Shown here: positions 11,133-21,684 of the stretch, piece after piece
Layout: each line of letters begins with the position of its first letter
How positions within the stretch are numbered: position 1 is the stretch's first letter
From: an uncultured delta proteobacterium
GTDB taxonomy: Bacteria > Desulfobacterota > Binatia > UBA9968
Direction: 5' to 3'
DNA length: 64,000 nt
NCBI GenBank assembly: GCA_963737905.1
Contig: CAVTUQ010000017.1
Span: forward strand, 1 to 64,000
Made by a program: the position numbers and the translations under genes
The notes under the pieces: generated by a model
Seen by the model: only the letters and a program-made list of their open reading frames with translations
Told to the model about the DNA's origin: nothing
Databases searched by the model: none

Positions 11133-12239
11133 ATGCCAACCATTGATTCCGATGCTCACGTGGTTGAGACGGAACACACCTGGGATTTCATCGAGCGTGA
11201 GAATCAAAAATATCGCCCCCTGATTGTCCGCCCGCGCGGCGAGGGTGGCGGAGAGTACTGGTTCATTGACGGCAAAATCCGCGGCTTGGTGCGGATCGTT
11301 ATGACCGCCCGGGAGCTCGCCGAAGTCTCGGAGCGTACGGGCCGCGACATGCAAACGCCGCGAGAGACCCGGGAGATGGAGAATGTGCCGGCCCGTCTAA
11401 GACACATGGACGAGTTGGGGATCGACGTTCAGGTGCTCTATCCGACGATTTTTATCGAGCAGATAACCGACAAAGTCGAATGGGAAATCGCCATCTGCAA
11501 GGGCTATAATCGCTGGCTGGCTGATATCTACCGGCAAGGGAAGGGGAGGCTAAGGTGGATTTGCGTCTTGCCGTTGCTGGACATGAGCGCGTCGTTAGAG
11601 GAACTCAAGTTTTGCCAGCAGCACGGCGCCTGCGGCGTATTCATGCGCGGCATCGAAGGATACCGGCTGATTACCGATCCGTATTTTTATCCCCTTTACG
11701 AGGAGATGAGCCGCCTTAATCTGGCGGCGGGGGTGCACGTTGGCAACGGCAACCCGCAGGTCATCGATCTGGTGTCGCAGCACAACGGGGGAGGTAGCTT
11801 CTGGAAATTTCGTATTCCGGTCATCGGCGCATTCCATTCGGTGATCATGAGCGAAGTGCCAACCTTATTTCCCAGGCTTCGCTTTCACTGGGCGGAGGCC
11901 GCCGCTCAATGGATACCCTACGTCGTAAAGGATTTGCAGCGCCGCTGGTCAACCCAGGGGAAGAAACTGCCGGAGAATCCGATGAAGGAGTACCGGCAAT
12001 ATGTTTCCTGCCAGACGGACGATGACGTGGATTACATCCTTCGCTACTCGGGGGAAGATAACATCACCATAGGCACCGACTACGGCCACAACGACCAGTC
12101 CACCGAGGTCGAAGCGCTCCGCAATCTGAGCAAGATGGGAACTATCACTTCCAGCCAGTACGAGAAAATCATCTATCATAACCCCAAGGCGCTGTTCGCG
12201 GTTGATGACTTAACCACAAAAAACGCAGAGGTCACATAG
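11133..12239 (+). CDS. Amidohydrolase family 2 protein
   Basis: IDSDAHVVE, GIDVQVLYPT, GTDYGH; start placed at MPTIDSD. Confidence 0.88.
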   Translation: MPTIDSDAHVVETEHTWDFIERENQKYRPLIVRPRGEGGGEYWFIDGKIRGLVRIVMTARELAEVSERTGRDMQTPRETREMENVPARLRHMDELGIDVQVLYPTIFIEQITDKVEWEIAICKGYNRWLADIYRQGKGRLRWICVLPLLDMSASLEELKFCQQHGACGVFMRGIEGYRLITDPYFYPLYEEMSRLNLAAGVHVGNGNPQVIDLVSQHNGGGSFWKFRIPVIGAFHSVIMSEVPTLFPRLRFHWAEAAAQWIPYVVKDLQRRWSTQGKKLPENPMKEYRQYVSCQTDDDVDYILRYSGEDNITIGTDYGHNDQSTEVEALRNLSKMGTITSSQYEKIIYHNPKALFAVDDLTTKNAEVT

Positions 12240-12314
12240 AAGAATCTTGCTTGAGTTTCATGCGTTCTATTTAGACGCAAAGTTCACAAAATACGACTTC
12301 TTCAGGGGATAAAA

Positions 12315-13358
12315 ATGAAAACTTGGATAGCGGCCATCCTGGTTGCAATTAGCCTTGGAGTAAACGCTTGGGGCCAAAGCTCCCGGCCTCAGACCGCGGC
12401 TGAGCTGGGGAAATATTCAGGCGCTGACCGGGAGCGTTTGCTATACGAAGGGGCGAAGAGAGAAGGCAAGCTTGTATGGTACACGTCGCTCACGCCGTAC
12501 AAGGAGTTTGCCAAATCCTTCGAAGCCAGATACCCGGGTGTGACGGTTGAGCCCTATCGTGCTCCGGCTGTCAACTTAGCCACGCGAACATTAGGCGAGG
12601 CTCAAGCGCGGCGTTACATTGTCGACACGTTCGAAACGACACAAGGTGCGCTGATGTTGCTGCGCGACAACAAGCTGCTCTTACCCTATACCTCCCCGCA
12701 TCTAAAGGACTATCCGGAAGGCTCCAAAGAAAAAGCGCCGGGCGGTTTGTCTTTTTACGTCGTCGATCGTGAATCGTATCCCGGCATCGGTTACAACAAG
12801 AACGCGATCCACGACTCCGACGTGGCCAAGAGCTTTGACGACTTGTTGAGGCCGGGATTGAAAGGCAAGATCGGCATCAGCGGAGAAGAAATCGGCAACC
12901 GGGTCATCGGCGCGATGCTGAAATCCAAAGGCGATGAATTCATCAAAAAATTGGCGGGACAGGATATCAAGGTGTATGGGCTCCCCGCCCTCGGCCTGAA
13001 CGAGTTGATCGTCTCCGGAGAGGTGCCGCTCACGTTTACGGCAGTGGATAGCAACATTCGACTGGCCGCGGCTAGAGGGGCCCCGGTGGCATGGCTGGCG
13101 CCAGATTTGGTCCCTGTCAATTCGGGCAGCGTCGCTGTCTTCACGCATGCTCCGCATCCTCACGCAGCGCTGCTGTTTATCGACTTTCTCATCGGTCCGG
13201 AGGGCCAGAAACTATTCTCCGATAAATTCGGTTATGGCACGCCGCGCAAAAATGCCGGATTCAAACGATGGTACCCGGAGCAGGGTTTGTCGACCTACGA
13301 TTACGCGGAGACCATCGAGCGATGGAACAAGATCCTTTTAGAAATCTCCCGCAAGTGA
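12315..13358 (+). CDS. Extracellular solute-binding protein (Fe3+/thiamine/2-AEP-type, SBP_bac_6-like)
   Basis: Signal peptide; GAKREGKLVWYTS and APHPHAALLFIDF. Confidence 0.85.
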   Translation: MKTWIAAILVAISLGVNAWGQSSRPQTAAELGKYSGADRERLLYEGAKREGKLVWYTSLTPYKEFAKSFEARYPGVTVEPYRAPAVNLATRTLGEAQARRYIVDTFETTQGALMLLRDNKLLLPYTSPHLKDYPEGSKEKAPGGLSFYVVDRESYPGIGYNKNAIHDSDVAKSFDDLLRPGLKGKIGISGEEIGNRVIGAMLKSKGDEFIKKLAGQDIKVYGLPALGLNELIVSGEVPLTFTAVDSNIRLAAARGAPVAWLAPDLVPVNSGSVAVFTHAPHPHAALLFIDFLIGPEGQKLFSDKFGYGTPRKNAGFKRWYPEQGLSTYDYAETIERWNKILLEISRK

Positions 13359-13362
13359 ATAT

Positions 13363-14337
13363 TTACGCACCCAGGGCAACGGCCGTAATGGACGGGAGTC
13401 CGCTGATGATTGTGCGCGATCCGGATGAATCGACGTGTACGACGTCGCCTTCCGATGTCGAAGCGAAAATACCGTCCTCCCCCAACCCAGCACACATAGC
13501 CATGATGCCACCCTGCAGTCCTTCAACGGCGATGTTCCAATGGGCTCCGTCATTGCTGGCGAAAAGCGCGGCATCGGCGCGCGCTTCGCGCAGCCAGGTG
13601 TTTGGGCGGCCGAGAGCCATGGCGAGGTAAATGATTCCATTGCTGTCTTCCGCGACGGACGAGCCGAAGGTCCGATTTCCCGGCGGCGTGATATTTTCCC
13701 AATGTTCCCCGCGATCCGTGCTGCGATAGGCGCCTTCACCGCAGGCGGCGATGACGAGTCCCTTGGTCTTCGCACTGGGGAGAATTTGGTGGACGTCGGG
13801 ATCATCCAAACCTTTCGTAGCGGCCGTCCACTGCCGGCCCGCATCGTCGCTAACGAGCAAGCCTCCGACCTCGATTGCCGCGTAGAGGCGCCGCGGCGTT
13901 TCATTGTCCGCGGCGAGAAAGCGGGTGCGCGCTCCCAACTCGGGACTCGGGGGAAAGCTGCCGCCGGTGGCGCCAAGACGTACGCCCGCCAGCTCCTGCC
14001 AACCGCTGCCATTGCTCGCGGTGTAGAGCGCTGCCGGCACGGTGCCGGCAAGTATCTTGCCAGGCAGCGCCAGCAGTGACGTGGTTGTTAAGCGGGGAAC
14101 GTTAGGTTTAGCGCGATTCCATTTTGCACCGCCATCGTCGGTGACGAAAAGTCCGGAATGTTCCGTGGCGATGTAGATATGGCACGCATTCTCCGGATCC
14201 ACTTGGAGGGACGTCATCTTCCAGAAGGTCAGTGCCCTATCGCTTTGCATCCATTCTTGACCGTGTTGTTCAAACCGATACCAGCCCGAGTAAGTGGCTA
14301 TGTGCAGTGCTTGTGCTTTTCCATCGTTGCGGCTCAT
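13363..14337 (-). CDS. BNR/Asp-box beta-propeller protein (YCF48/sialidase-like)
   Basis: Repeated S/TxDxGxxW boxes (TDDGGAKW, SDDAGRQW, STDRGEHW, SNDGAHW). Confidence 0.8.
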   Translation of the reverse strand: MSRNDGKAQALHIATYSGWYRFEQHGQEWMQSDRALTFWKMTSLQVDPENACHIYIATEHSGLFVTDDGGAKWNRAKPNVPRLTTTSLLALPGKILAGTVPAALYTASNGSGWQELAGVRLGATGGSFPPSPELGARTRFLAADNETPRRLYAAIEVGGLLVSDDAGRQWTAATKGLDDPDVHQILPSAKTKGLVIAACGEGAYRSTDRGEHWENITPPGNRTFGSSVAEDSNGIIYLAMALGRPNTWLREARADAALFASNDGAHWNIAVEGLQGGIMAMCAGLGEDGIFASTSEGDVVHVDSSGSRTIISGLPSITAVALGA

Positions 14338-14500
14338 GGTAGACCTCCTTCGAGGTTAGGCGGCACGCTACGGGTTAGATTTGAGTGAGACTATATCGGC
14401 GAGTCGGTTCCCGTCAAGTTAGACTGAATTTTACCCGCTACGATTTGTGTAGATAACCTTTTAGCATACATCAAATTGGACATGAAAAGGAGAAAAATCG

Positions 14501-15319
14501 ATGGCGACGAATTATGAGACCCTGCTTTTGACCAAGGACGGCGGCATTACGACGATTACGTTCAACCGTCCGGAGAAACGCAATGCGATGAGCCCGCAGC
14601 TCCACCGGGAAATGTTTGAGCTGCTCACCGAGCTCCGTTACGATAAAGAGTCGCGGGTGATCGTGCTGACCGGCGCCGGCGAGAGTTTTTGCGCCGGCCA
14701 AGATCTAAAACAGTATGCCCTCGAGTTGGAAAGCCAGCCGGCGAGGGTGCGCGACGAGGTGCGCGAGAAGGTCCGGCGTTGGCGCAACGAGATGCTGCGA
14801 ACCTTGCCGCAGCCGATTATCGCGCGGATCACGGGTTGGTGCCTGGGCGGAGCCCTCACCGTGGTGGCCGGATGTGACATCGCCATTGCCGCGGAGGACG
14901 CGCTTTTTGGTCTTCCAGAAGTCAACTTCGGTCATTTCCCCGCCGGCGATACCACTCCCGTTCTTACTGAAAATATTCAGGCCAAGCATGGGCTTTACTA
15001 TGCCCTGACAGGAGAGATGATGACCGCCAGAGAGGCGGAACGGATCGGCCTCATCACGAAAGTCGTTCCGCGCGCAGATCTGGACAAAGAAGTTGCGAGG
15101 GTTGCCAAATGTCTCGCCGAAAAAAGTCCCATGGCACTGAAAGCGGTAAAGGAGGCTTGGTATTACAGTTCGTATTCAACACCGGCGGTTGCCTACGAGA
15201 TCTCAAATTTGATTTCCCAGCGCACGATACGCGAGCATGGCGGGCGGCCAGGCCTGGAGCAGTTTGTGCAAAAGAAGTTTCGCCCGGTATCCGGCGTCAT
15301 GAACCTTGAAAAGGAGTGA
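14501..15319 (+). CDS. Enoyl-CoA hydratase/isomerase family protein (hydroxycinnamoyl-CoA hydratase-lyase-like)
   Basis: NRPEKRNAMSP, FCAGQDLK, GWCLGGA, FGLPEVNFG; C-terminal GLEQFVQKKFRP resembles HCHL. Confidence 0.85.
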   Translation: MATNYETLLLTKDGGITTITFNRPEKRNAMSPQLHREMFELLTELRYDKESRVIVLTGAGESFCAGQDLKQYALELESQPARVRDEVREKVRRWRNEMLRTLPQPIIARITGWCLGGALTVVAGCDIAIAAEDALFGLPEVNFGHFPAGDTTPVLTENIQAKHGLYYALTGEMMTAREAERIGLITKVVPRADLDKEVARVAKCLAEKSPMALKAVKEAWYYSSYSTPAVAYEISNLISQRTIREHGGRPGLEQFVQKKFRPVSGVMNLEKE

Positions 15320-15457
15320 GAGTCACGGAATTGTTACTCGCAAGAAACGAAGAAATCCTGGATTTTGGAAGCGAGAGATGGGCTTACTGCGCAAAAAATT
15401 TTGCCGGCCATATTTGAAAATCGGCGTTAAAATGCCAAACTACCGGCAAGGAGGTAC

Positions 15458-15673
15458 GTGATGATTTCTGAAGTTAAAACCATTGGTGAAACTGCCGGTT
15501 TGGTGTGGCAATTTTTGCGCTCCAACGGAGAATCCAGCCTTAGCGCATTGGAGAAAGGCGTTAAAGCTCCGAGATCGACAGTCTCGATGGCGGTGGGGTG
15601 GCTTGCGCGCGAAGGCAAGATAGAAGTGAAGGACGAGAAGCGAGCTGTCCGAATCTCCTTAAGAGACGCTTGA
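15458..15673 (+). CDS. Winged helix-turn-helix protein (DUF2582-like)
   Basis: IGETAGLVWQFL...MAVGWLAREGKI signature. Confidence 0.8.
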   Translation: MMISEVKTIGETAGLVWQFLRSNGESSLSALEKGVKAPRSTVSMAVGWLAREGKIEVKDEKRAVRISLRDA

Positions 15674-15988
15674 TGCGATACATCAGGTAAGTCCCCATGG
15701 ATTTACCTGCCAGAAAATACTCTGAGTGCAACATCACTAGCCTTACCGTGTCCGCAAATCTCGCTTTTCAACGAGACCCCCCGAACTGCGGACCCGCCGA
15801 CCTAAGTCCAAGTGATTCGGAACAAAGAAAACTAGTCAGAGTACAGGACTTTGCTGTCCCTAGGCTTTGAAGTCCACTCTTCGCGGTGCGGAAACTATGG
15901 GTTCCAGACGGCGCGGCACTTCTTTGAGCGCCGCTTTTTGACCCTGCGGAGAATCAAAATTCACCCCGCGAAAATATTGGCGTCGCGC

Positions 15989-16414
15989 TCATTTCTGCGG
16001 CAGCACTTCTTTGACAACTTTGAAGATCGGCGTCAGATGCGCCGGTTTAATCGGTTCCTGCGCTTTGTAAAGCACATCGTGGATCGTATTTGCACCCGCG
16101 CTGAAAACGTCCGGCAAATATTTATCGCCCCGTCTTTCGGCGAGAACCCGCGCGCCCAGTTGTCCTCCCGCCCCTAGAACGATGCTCACTTTGATTTTCG
16201 GATACTTCTTCCTAAAGCCTTCAAGAATACGATCATATTCATAGCAGCAGCCATATAGCGTTAACTGGCCTTCCGCTTCAGCCGCGCGCGCCGTTTTTTC
16301 CCAGTCGTCTTTCCAGCTGGCCTGCGCCCCAAGGACAGCAGGGGATATCACGATGAAAAGAAGGAACGCGCTGATGAAAGATATTACGTCTATGGCAAAG
16401 CGATAGAAGTGCAT
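15989..16414 (-). pseudogene. Truncated (internally deleted) solute-binding protein
   Basis: Signal peptide plus WEKTARAAEAEGQLTLYG...AERRGDKYLPDVF, but only 141 aa against about 350 for its paralog at 12315. Confidence 0.6.
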
Positions 16415-16529
16415 GAGGCAAAGTTATTGATGCAACGCAACTATGTCAACCACGCTGAAGCGAGAGAACAGGGTATAAGCAAAGATTGCGTATTTTTTAA
16501 GAAAATTCCGCTTTTTTCTTTGACCCTAG

Positions 16530-17855
16530 GTGAATAATGCTGTAGGGTTGGAAAAGTTTTTGTTCACCGTGATGAAGCAGCGAAAATATTTTGATGCCTC
16601 GATTCTGCATCGTTTGCGCGCATCGCTGGTCCGTGTCACTGGACTTGCTTTCGCTACAATAGTTTTGGTGTTGTGCACGCCGTTTGTAACTCCTCCGCAA
16701 AAGGAACATGAGCCCAAGCTTTCTCCGCCGGTTGCTGCCGAGGAACCGCCGCGCGTCGGCGTCAAGTTGCGTCGCGGCGACACCCTGGCTTCAGTGCTCA
16801 AGCGTTTCGGCGTAAAGCCGCCATCGGCTCACGCCATCGTCGACAAAGTGCGGCCTTTCTTGAATCCACGCCAGATTCAACCAGGCCACAACGTCCAGAT
16901 GCTTTTGAGTCCTGAAGACAAAACGGTGCAGGGGATGGAGTTGGTCGTCGATAATAATCTGGTGCGCGTAAAGGCGACGGCGGACGGGTGGTTGGCAGAG
17001 CGCGAAGAGATTCCCTTTGTCCGGGAAACCCGGGTGATTGCCGGTACGATAGACGACAGCCTCTATCAAAGCGGTGTCGCCGCCGGACTCACGCCGCGAC
17101 ATATTATGGCGCTCGCGAAGATCTTCGAATACGACATTGACTTTTTTTCTGACTTTCATCAGGGCGATGGTTTTTATTTCGCCGTTGAGGAGTTGCGCTA
17201 CGCGGATGGCCGGCGGGTACTGGGACGGATTCTCGCTGCTGAGCTGGAATCGGGGGATGAAACATTCAGCACCTTTTATTACGCGGCGAAGGACGGTCGC
17301 GGCGCCTACTATGACAGCGAAGGGCGATCTGCTCGACGCTCTTTTCTGCGCGCGCCTCTGAGTTATGTGAGAATCTCTTCTCCGTTTAGTTTCAACCGGC
17401 AGCATCCCATCTTCCGCACCGTGCGTCCGCATATGGCCATCGATTATGCGGCTCCGGCGGGGACACCGGTGGTCGCCATAGGAAAAGGGGTTGTAGACTT
17501 TGTCGGTTGGCGTAACGGGTACGGCAACGTCGTCGATATCCGCCATGCAGGCGAGTACATGTCGCGCTACGCTCATTTCTCCCGGTTTGCCAAAGGCATC
17601 CGCAGAGGAATGGCGGTAGAGGCGGGAGATGTTGTGGGTTATGTCGGGCAAACCGGCCACGCGACCGGTCCCCATCTTCACTTCGAATTCTTACGCGGCG
17701 GGCAAAAAATTAACTTCCTCAGTCTGCGGCTTCCGAAGAACGATCGTTTGGAAGGTCAAGACTTGCGGCGCTTTAAACAGCTGCGCGATGAACGGCAGGT
17801 GCAGTTGCACAGTAGAGAGAACCAGGTCGTGCGTAGCGTCACTGAGGGTTTCTAG
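16530..17855 (+). CDS. M23 family peptidoglycan DD-metalloendopeptidase (MepM/OapA-like)
   Basis: N-terminal TM, LysM-like RRGDTL, HMAIDYAAP, GYGNVV, YAH and ATGPHLHFE. Confidence 0.9.
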   Translation: MNNAVGLEKFLFTVMKQRKYFDASILHRLRASLVRVTGLAFATIVLVLCTPFVTPPQKEHEPKLSPPVAAEEPPRVGVKLRRGDTLASVLKRFGVKPPSAHAIVDKVRPFLNPRQIQPGHNVQMLLSPEDKTVQGMELVVDNNLVRVKATADGWLAEREEIPFVRETRVIAGTIDDSLYQSGVAAGLTPRHIMALAKIFEYDIDFFSDFHQGDGFYFAVEELRYADGRRVLGRILAAELESGDETFSTFYYAAKDGRGAYYDSEGRSARRSFLRAPLSYVRISSPFSFNRQHPIFRTVRPHMAIDYAAPAGTPVVAIGKGVVDFVGWRNGYGNVVDIRHAGEYMSRYAHFSRFAKGIRRGMAVEAGDVVGYVGQTGHATGPHLHFEFLRGGQKINFLSLRLPKNDRLEGQDLRRFKQLRDERQVQLHSRENQVVRSVTEGF

Positions 17856-17909
17856 TGGTCCGAACCCACCCCCCCAAACGACGACACAGCATCAGAGCCT
17901 CCAGATTAG

Positions 17910-18089
17910 CTAGGCGTCACGAATGTTCGCTTTGACGCGCTCGATCAGCTCCGGCGTCACTTGCCGGATGCCGTGTTGCATGGCGTGCTCACCTGCTTTC
18001 TGCAGTACCTCCTCTTCTGTCTCACCCCGTACGATGTGCTGACACCCGCTCGACGGGTCTACTTTGGCGCATTCCAGGATCTTTGCCAT
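17910..18089 (-). CDS. DUF1059 small metal-binding protein
   Basis: MAKILECAKVDPSSGCQHIVRGETEEEVLQKAGEHAMQHG; AAGGAGG RBS. Confidence 0.8.
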   Translation of the reverse strand: MAKILECAKVDPSSGCQHIVRGETEEEVLQKAGEHAMQHGIRQVTPELIERVKANIRDA

Positions 18090-18177
18090 GACGGCCTCCT
18101 TATTTTTAACGTGATCCACTAATATCTAGGGTCGCTGTGAATGCAATGCTTTTAGCAGGCCCTATACACTGATATTT

Positions 18178-18309
18178 TTACGAGGTGATCAGCCCGCCCA
18201 AAATGTCGGAGATGCCGGCGAATTCGGCCGTTAAGTGCGAGCAACAGTACTGCGGCAAGACCGATAAGCGCACCCCGATCAAACCGCCAAGGAAGTTCGG
18301 TTCAGTCAT
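18178..18309 (-). pseudogene. YeeE/YedE (sulfur transport) N-terminal remnant
   Basis: With two frameshifts it reads MTEPNFLGGLIG-GALIGLAAVLLLALNGRI-AGISDILGGLITS*, matching the family motif GGxLIGxA...NGRIAGISG. Confidence 0.6.
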
Positions 18310-18341
18310 AAACAGTCGAGGCTAGTGAATAGCCGTTGCAA

Positions 18342-19419
18342 TTATTCCTTTTGGCTTCCCTTTACCTTGGCTTTCGCCTCGTCAATAATCGGTTGAATTT
18401 TTTTCTTTAGCCCGGGATTAAGTTGGAAGGCCTTTTGAAAATCCGCGTCTCCTTCCTTTTCCTTGCTCTGGTAGAGGCGGGCGATTCCTCGATAGACATA
18501 GGCCTCCGCGTTGCGTGGCTGCATACGTATCACGTCGCTAAAATCCCGGACTGCATAATCGTATTTTTCGGCGCGGAGATAGGCCAGGCCGCGGTTGTAG
18601 GGTGCCTCTGGATCTTTTGGCGCGAGCCTAATCGATTCGCTGTAGTCCTCGATGGCCTCATCGGTCTTTCCCAACTTGGCGTTCGCCAGTCCCCGATTAT
18701 AATAGGCGTCGGCGTTTTTTGGTTGCTGCTGGATTGTTTCGCTAAAATCGCGAACCGCCTTTTCCTGCTCTCCGAGAAAAGCGTAGGCAATGCCGCGATT
18801 GTAATAGGCGGCGGCAAGTTTGGAATCTAAGCTCAGGGCTTGATCGTAGTCCGTTGTGGCTTCATCGTGCTTGCCCAGTGCGAGGTAGGCGTTGCCCCGA
18901 TTATAGTAGTTATTTGCGTCTTGCGGGCTAATTCGGATCGCTTCGCTGAAGTCTTTCACGGCGGCCTCATATCGTCGCGCATCGAAGTGAATGCTGCCGC
19001 GATTGACGTAATTCTTCGCGTCTTCCGGGCTCAGCTTGATCGCTGCTGTGTAGTCCTTGAGCGCGATCTCTTCTTTTTTGAGACGGCGATAGGCATTGCC
19101 GCGGTTATAGTAGGCCTCCGCGTCCTTGTGGATTAAGCGGATCACTTCGCTGTAGTCCTTGATCGCCTAGCTCGTTCTGGCCCAGATCGTAATAGGCGTT
19201 GCCGCGATTGAAATAAGCGTCCGCAAGTTTCGGATTCATCTTGACTGCGCGGTCGTACTCCCGGATCGCCTCTTTAGGTTTGCCGGCATCGTGCAGCTTC
19301 AAGCCCTCATTCAGCGCCTCCTCGGCTTGGCCCGACCAAGCCGGGGTGACAATCAAAAAAATCCAGAGCGCGGCAAGAAGGGCACATGTTTTTTGTAGAT
19401 GCGGCATACCTGCCTTCAA
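18342..19419 (-). CDS. Secreted TPR protein, split by a single-base frameshift near 19167
   Basis: ORFs 19105-19419 and 18342-19145 join into a continuous TPR register (ELAIKDYSEVIR) if one base is removed. Confidence 0.8.
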
Positions 19420-20468
19420 CGTTGAGTGGACGGTGCTTTTTGATCGGTGATCAGGGGATCAAGTTTTTCTTTCAGACTTGGCTCCAACTCGACGGCTTTT
19501 TTAAAGTCTTTCTGCGCATCCTCGTTTTTTCCCTGGCGCAGCTTCACCATTCCCCGGTTGCCGTAAATCCGGGCATTTTTGGGGTCGAGTTTTATGGCTT
19601 CATCGTAATCTCGTAACGCCTGGTCGTACTTGCCGAGCAGCGAGTAAGCGTTGCCGCGGTTGTTGTAAGCCTCGGCATCCTTGGAATTGAGTTTGATTGC
19701 CTCGGAATAATCTTTTACCGCCAGCTCATGGTTGCCCAGCCGGCGCTGCGCGAGTCCACGGCTGGAATATATTTCAGAGTCCTTGGGGCTCAGTTTCTGG
19801 GCCTGATTGAAATCTTGAATCGCTTTTTCGAACTGGCCCAGGCGCGTGTAGGCTTCACCCCGCTGGTAGTGGGCTTTAGTTGATTTCGGCGTGTGCTTGA
19901 TGACCTCGTCGTAGTCTTTTATCGCGGCCTGGTACTGCTTCTGCGCGAAGTGAGCATTGGCACGGTTGTAGAAAACATCGGTGAGTTTGGGATTTTGTTG
20001 CAACGCTTCGTCAAAGCTCTTGACGGCGTTGTCGTACTGTCCGAGCTTATAATAGGCCAGGCCACGGTTGTTGTAGACCTCCGTGAGCTTTGGATTGCGG
20101 CGCACGGCTTCGTCATAATCTTTGATAGCCGCTTGGTATTGTTTAGATTCGTCGTGGGCATCACCTCGCTTGTAATAGGCGTCTGCCAGATCCGGATTTA
20201 GCCTAATGGCCTCATCGTAATCCTTGATGGCCCGATCTGACTCCCCAAGTTTGGCATAGGCGGAACCCCTGCCGAGATAAGCTTCAGCGGCTTTGGGTGC
20301 AGCCTTGATCGTTCTGTCGTAGGCGGCGATGGCTTCCTTAAACTTTCCGGCGCGGTAGAACTTCACCCCCTCGTTAAAGGCGTCTTGTGCTTCGCCGGCA
20401 AAAAGCAGGCTTGCTATTCCGATAAAGACAACGCCCGAGATCCACCCCATGCCTGATTGCGCTCTCAT
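19416..20468 (-). CDS. Secreted TPR protein
   Basis: About 9 TPRs (AYNNRGNAY...AIKDYDEAIKLDP); overlaps the next TPR gene. Confidence 0.88.
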   Translation of the reverse strand: MRAQSGMGWISGVVFIGIASLLFAGEAQDAFNEGVKFYRAGKFKEAIAAYDRTIKAAPKAAEAYLGRGSAYAKLGESDRAIKDYDEAIRLNPDLADAYYKRGDAHDESKQYQAAIKDYDEAVRRNPKLTEVYNNRGLAYYKLGQYDNAVKSFDEALQQNPKLTDVFYNRANAHFAQKQYQAAIKDYDEVIKHTPKSTKAHYQRGEAYTRLGQFEKAIQDFNQAQKLSPKDSEIYSSRGLAQRRLGNHELAVKDYSEAIKLNSKDAEAYNNRGNAYSLLGKYDQALRDYDEAIKLDPKNARIYGNRGMVKLRQGKNEDAQKDFKKAVELEPSLKEKLDPLITDQKAPSTQR

Positions 20469-20597
20469 GCTGTCAAGATGTTTAACTTATGGCGTCAAGA
20501 ATGTCCACTTTGTGCGCGGGCGCCGATCGTGCCTGGACAAAACGGCCAAAAAGGAATAAGGGTGGGAGATAATGATTAGCGACAGGAGGATAGAGTT

Positions 20598-21653
20598 ATG
20601 AGCACAGCCGCAGCATCGACGGCAGAGTCGGTTCTCGCCGGTGAATCAATCGTTTCGGCGGATTCCCATATCATGGAACCGGTGGATCTTTGGGAAAAGA
20701 ATTTGACGCCCAGCCTAAAGGAGAAATACCCCAAATTTCCTCCGCGCAACTCGCCGGGGGAAAAGCCGGGAGGGTGGGATCCCAAAGCACGTCTTGGAGA
20801 AATGGAAGTCGACGGGGTTAGCGCCGAGGTGCTTTATCCGACCTTCGGCCTGCGCTTGTTTGCTTTGGAGGATGCCGATGTACAAGAGGCCTGCTTCCGA
20901 ATCGCCAACGATTGGCTGATCGATTACTGCAAGGTTTCGCCGGGCCGGTTAGTAGGAATCCCGATGATCTCCCTTTACAACCTCAAGAACGCGATTAAAG
21001 AGCTCGAGCGTTGTAAGAAAGAGGGATTGGTGGGCAGTTTGATCTGGCAGGTCCCGCCGGAGCATCTGTCGTTTACCAGCGACTATTACGATCCGTTTTG
21101 GGAAGCCTCTCAGGATTTGAACATGCCGGTCAACCTGCACATTCTCACCGGCTTCAACTACAGCCGCTTTGATCGCAAGGGACTCGATACTTACAGAATG
21201 ACGGTGAATCAGAAGCTGGCCGATGCCGCCAATACTTTGTTTGATCTCGTGTTCAGCGGCGTCATGGCACGGTTCCCCAAGCTGAAGTTCGTCTATGTGG
21301 AGAACGAAGTCGGCTGGATCCCGTTTTTCGTTCATGAATGGGACAAGTATTTCGTCCGCCACAGCCCGAAAATGCCTCTCCCGTATATGAAGAAATTACC
21401 CGGAGAGTACGTCGCCGAACAGGTTTACGCGACGTTTTTCAGCGACCCGGCGGGCGGGCGGCTGATGGAGGATTTCGGTCAAGACACCTTCATGTGGTCC
21501 AACGATTATCCCCATGCAGCGTCCACTTGGCCCCATTCGCGCGATGTTATTGCCAGGGAGCTTGGTCACCTACCCAAAGATATCCTTCGAAAAGTCGTGC
21601 GCGATAACGTGATTAAGCTCTACGATCTCAAGATTGACGGAATAAATAATTAA
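20598..21653 (+). CDS. Amidohydrolase family 2 protein
   Basis: SADSHIMEP, DGVSAEVLYPT, WSNDYPH. Confidence 0.9.
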   Translation: MSTAAASTAESVLAGESIVSADSHIMEPVDLWEKNLTPSLKEKYPKFPPRNSPGEKPGGWDPKARLGEMEVDGVSAEVLYPTFGLRLFALEDADVQEACFRIANDWLIDYCKVSPGRLVGIPMISLYNLKNAIKELERCKKEGLVGSLIWQVPPEHLSFTSDYYDPFWEASQDLNMPVNLHILTGFNYSRFDRKGLDTYRMTVNQKLADAANTLFDLVFSGVMARFPKLKFVYVENEVGWIPFFVHEWDKYFVRHSPKMPLPYMKKLPGEYVAEQVYATFFSDPAGGRLMEDFGQDTFMWSNDYPHAASTWPHSRDVIARELGHLPKDILRKVVRDNVIKLYDLKIDGINN

Positions 21654-21684
21654 AGGACTAATCCAATATTGGAAGGAGCCAGAG

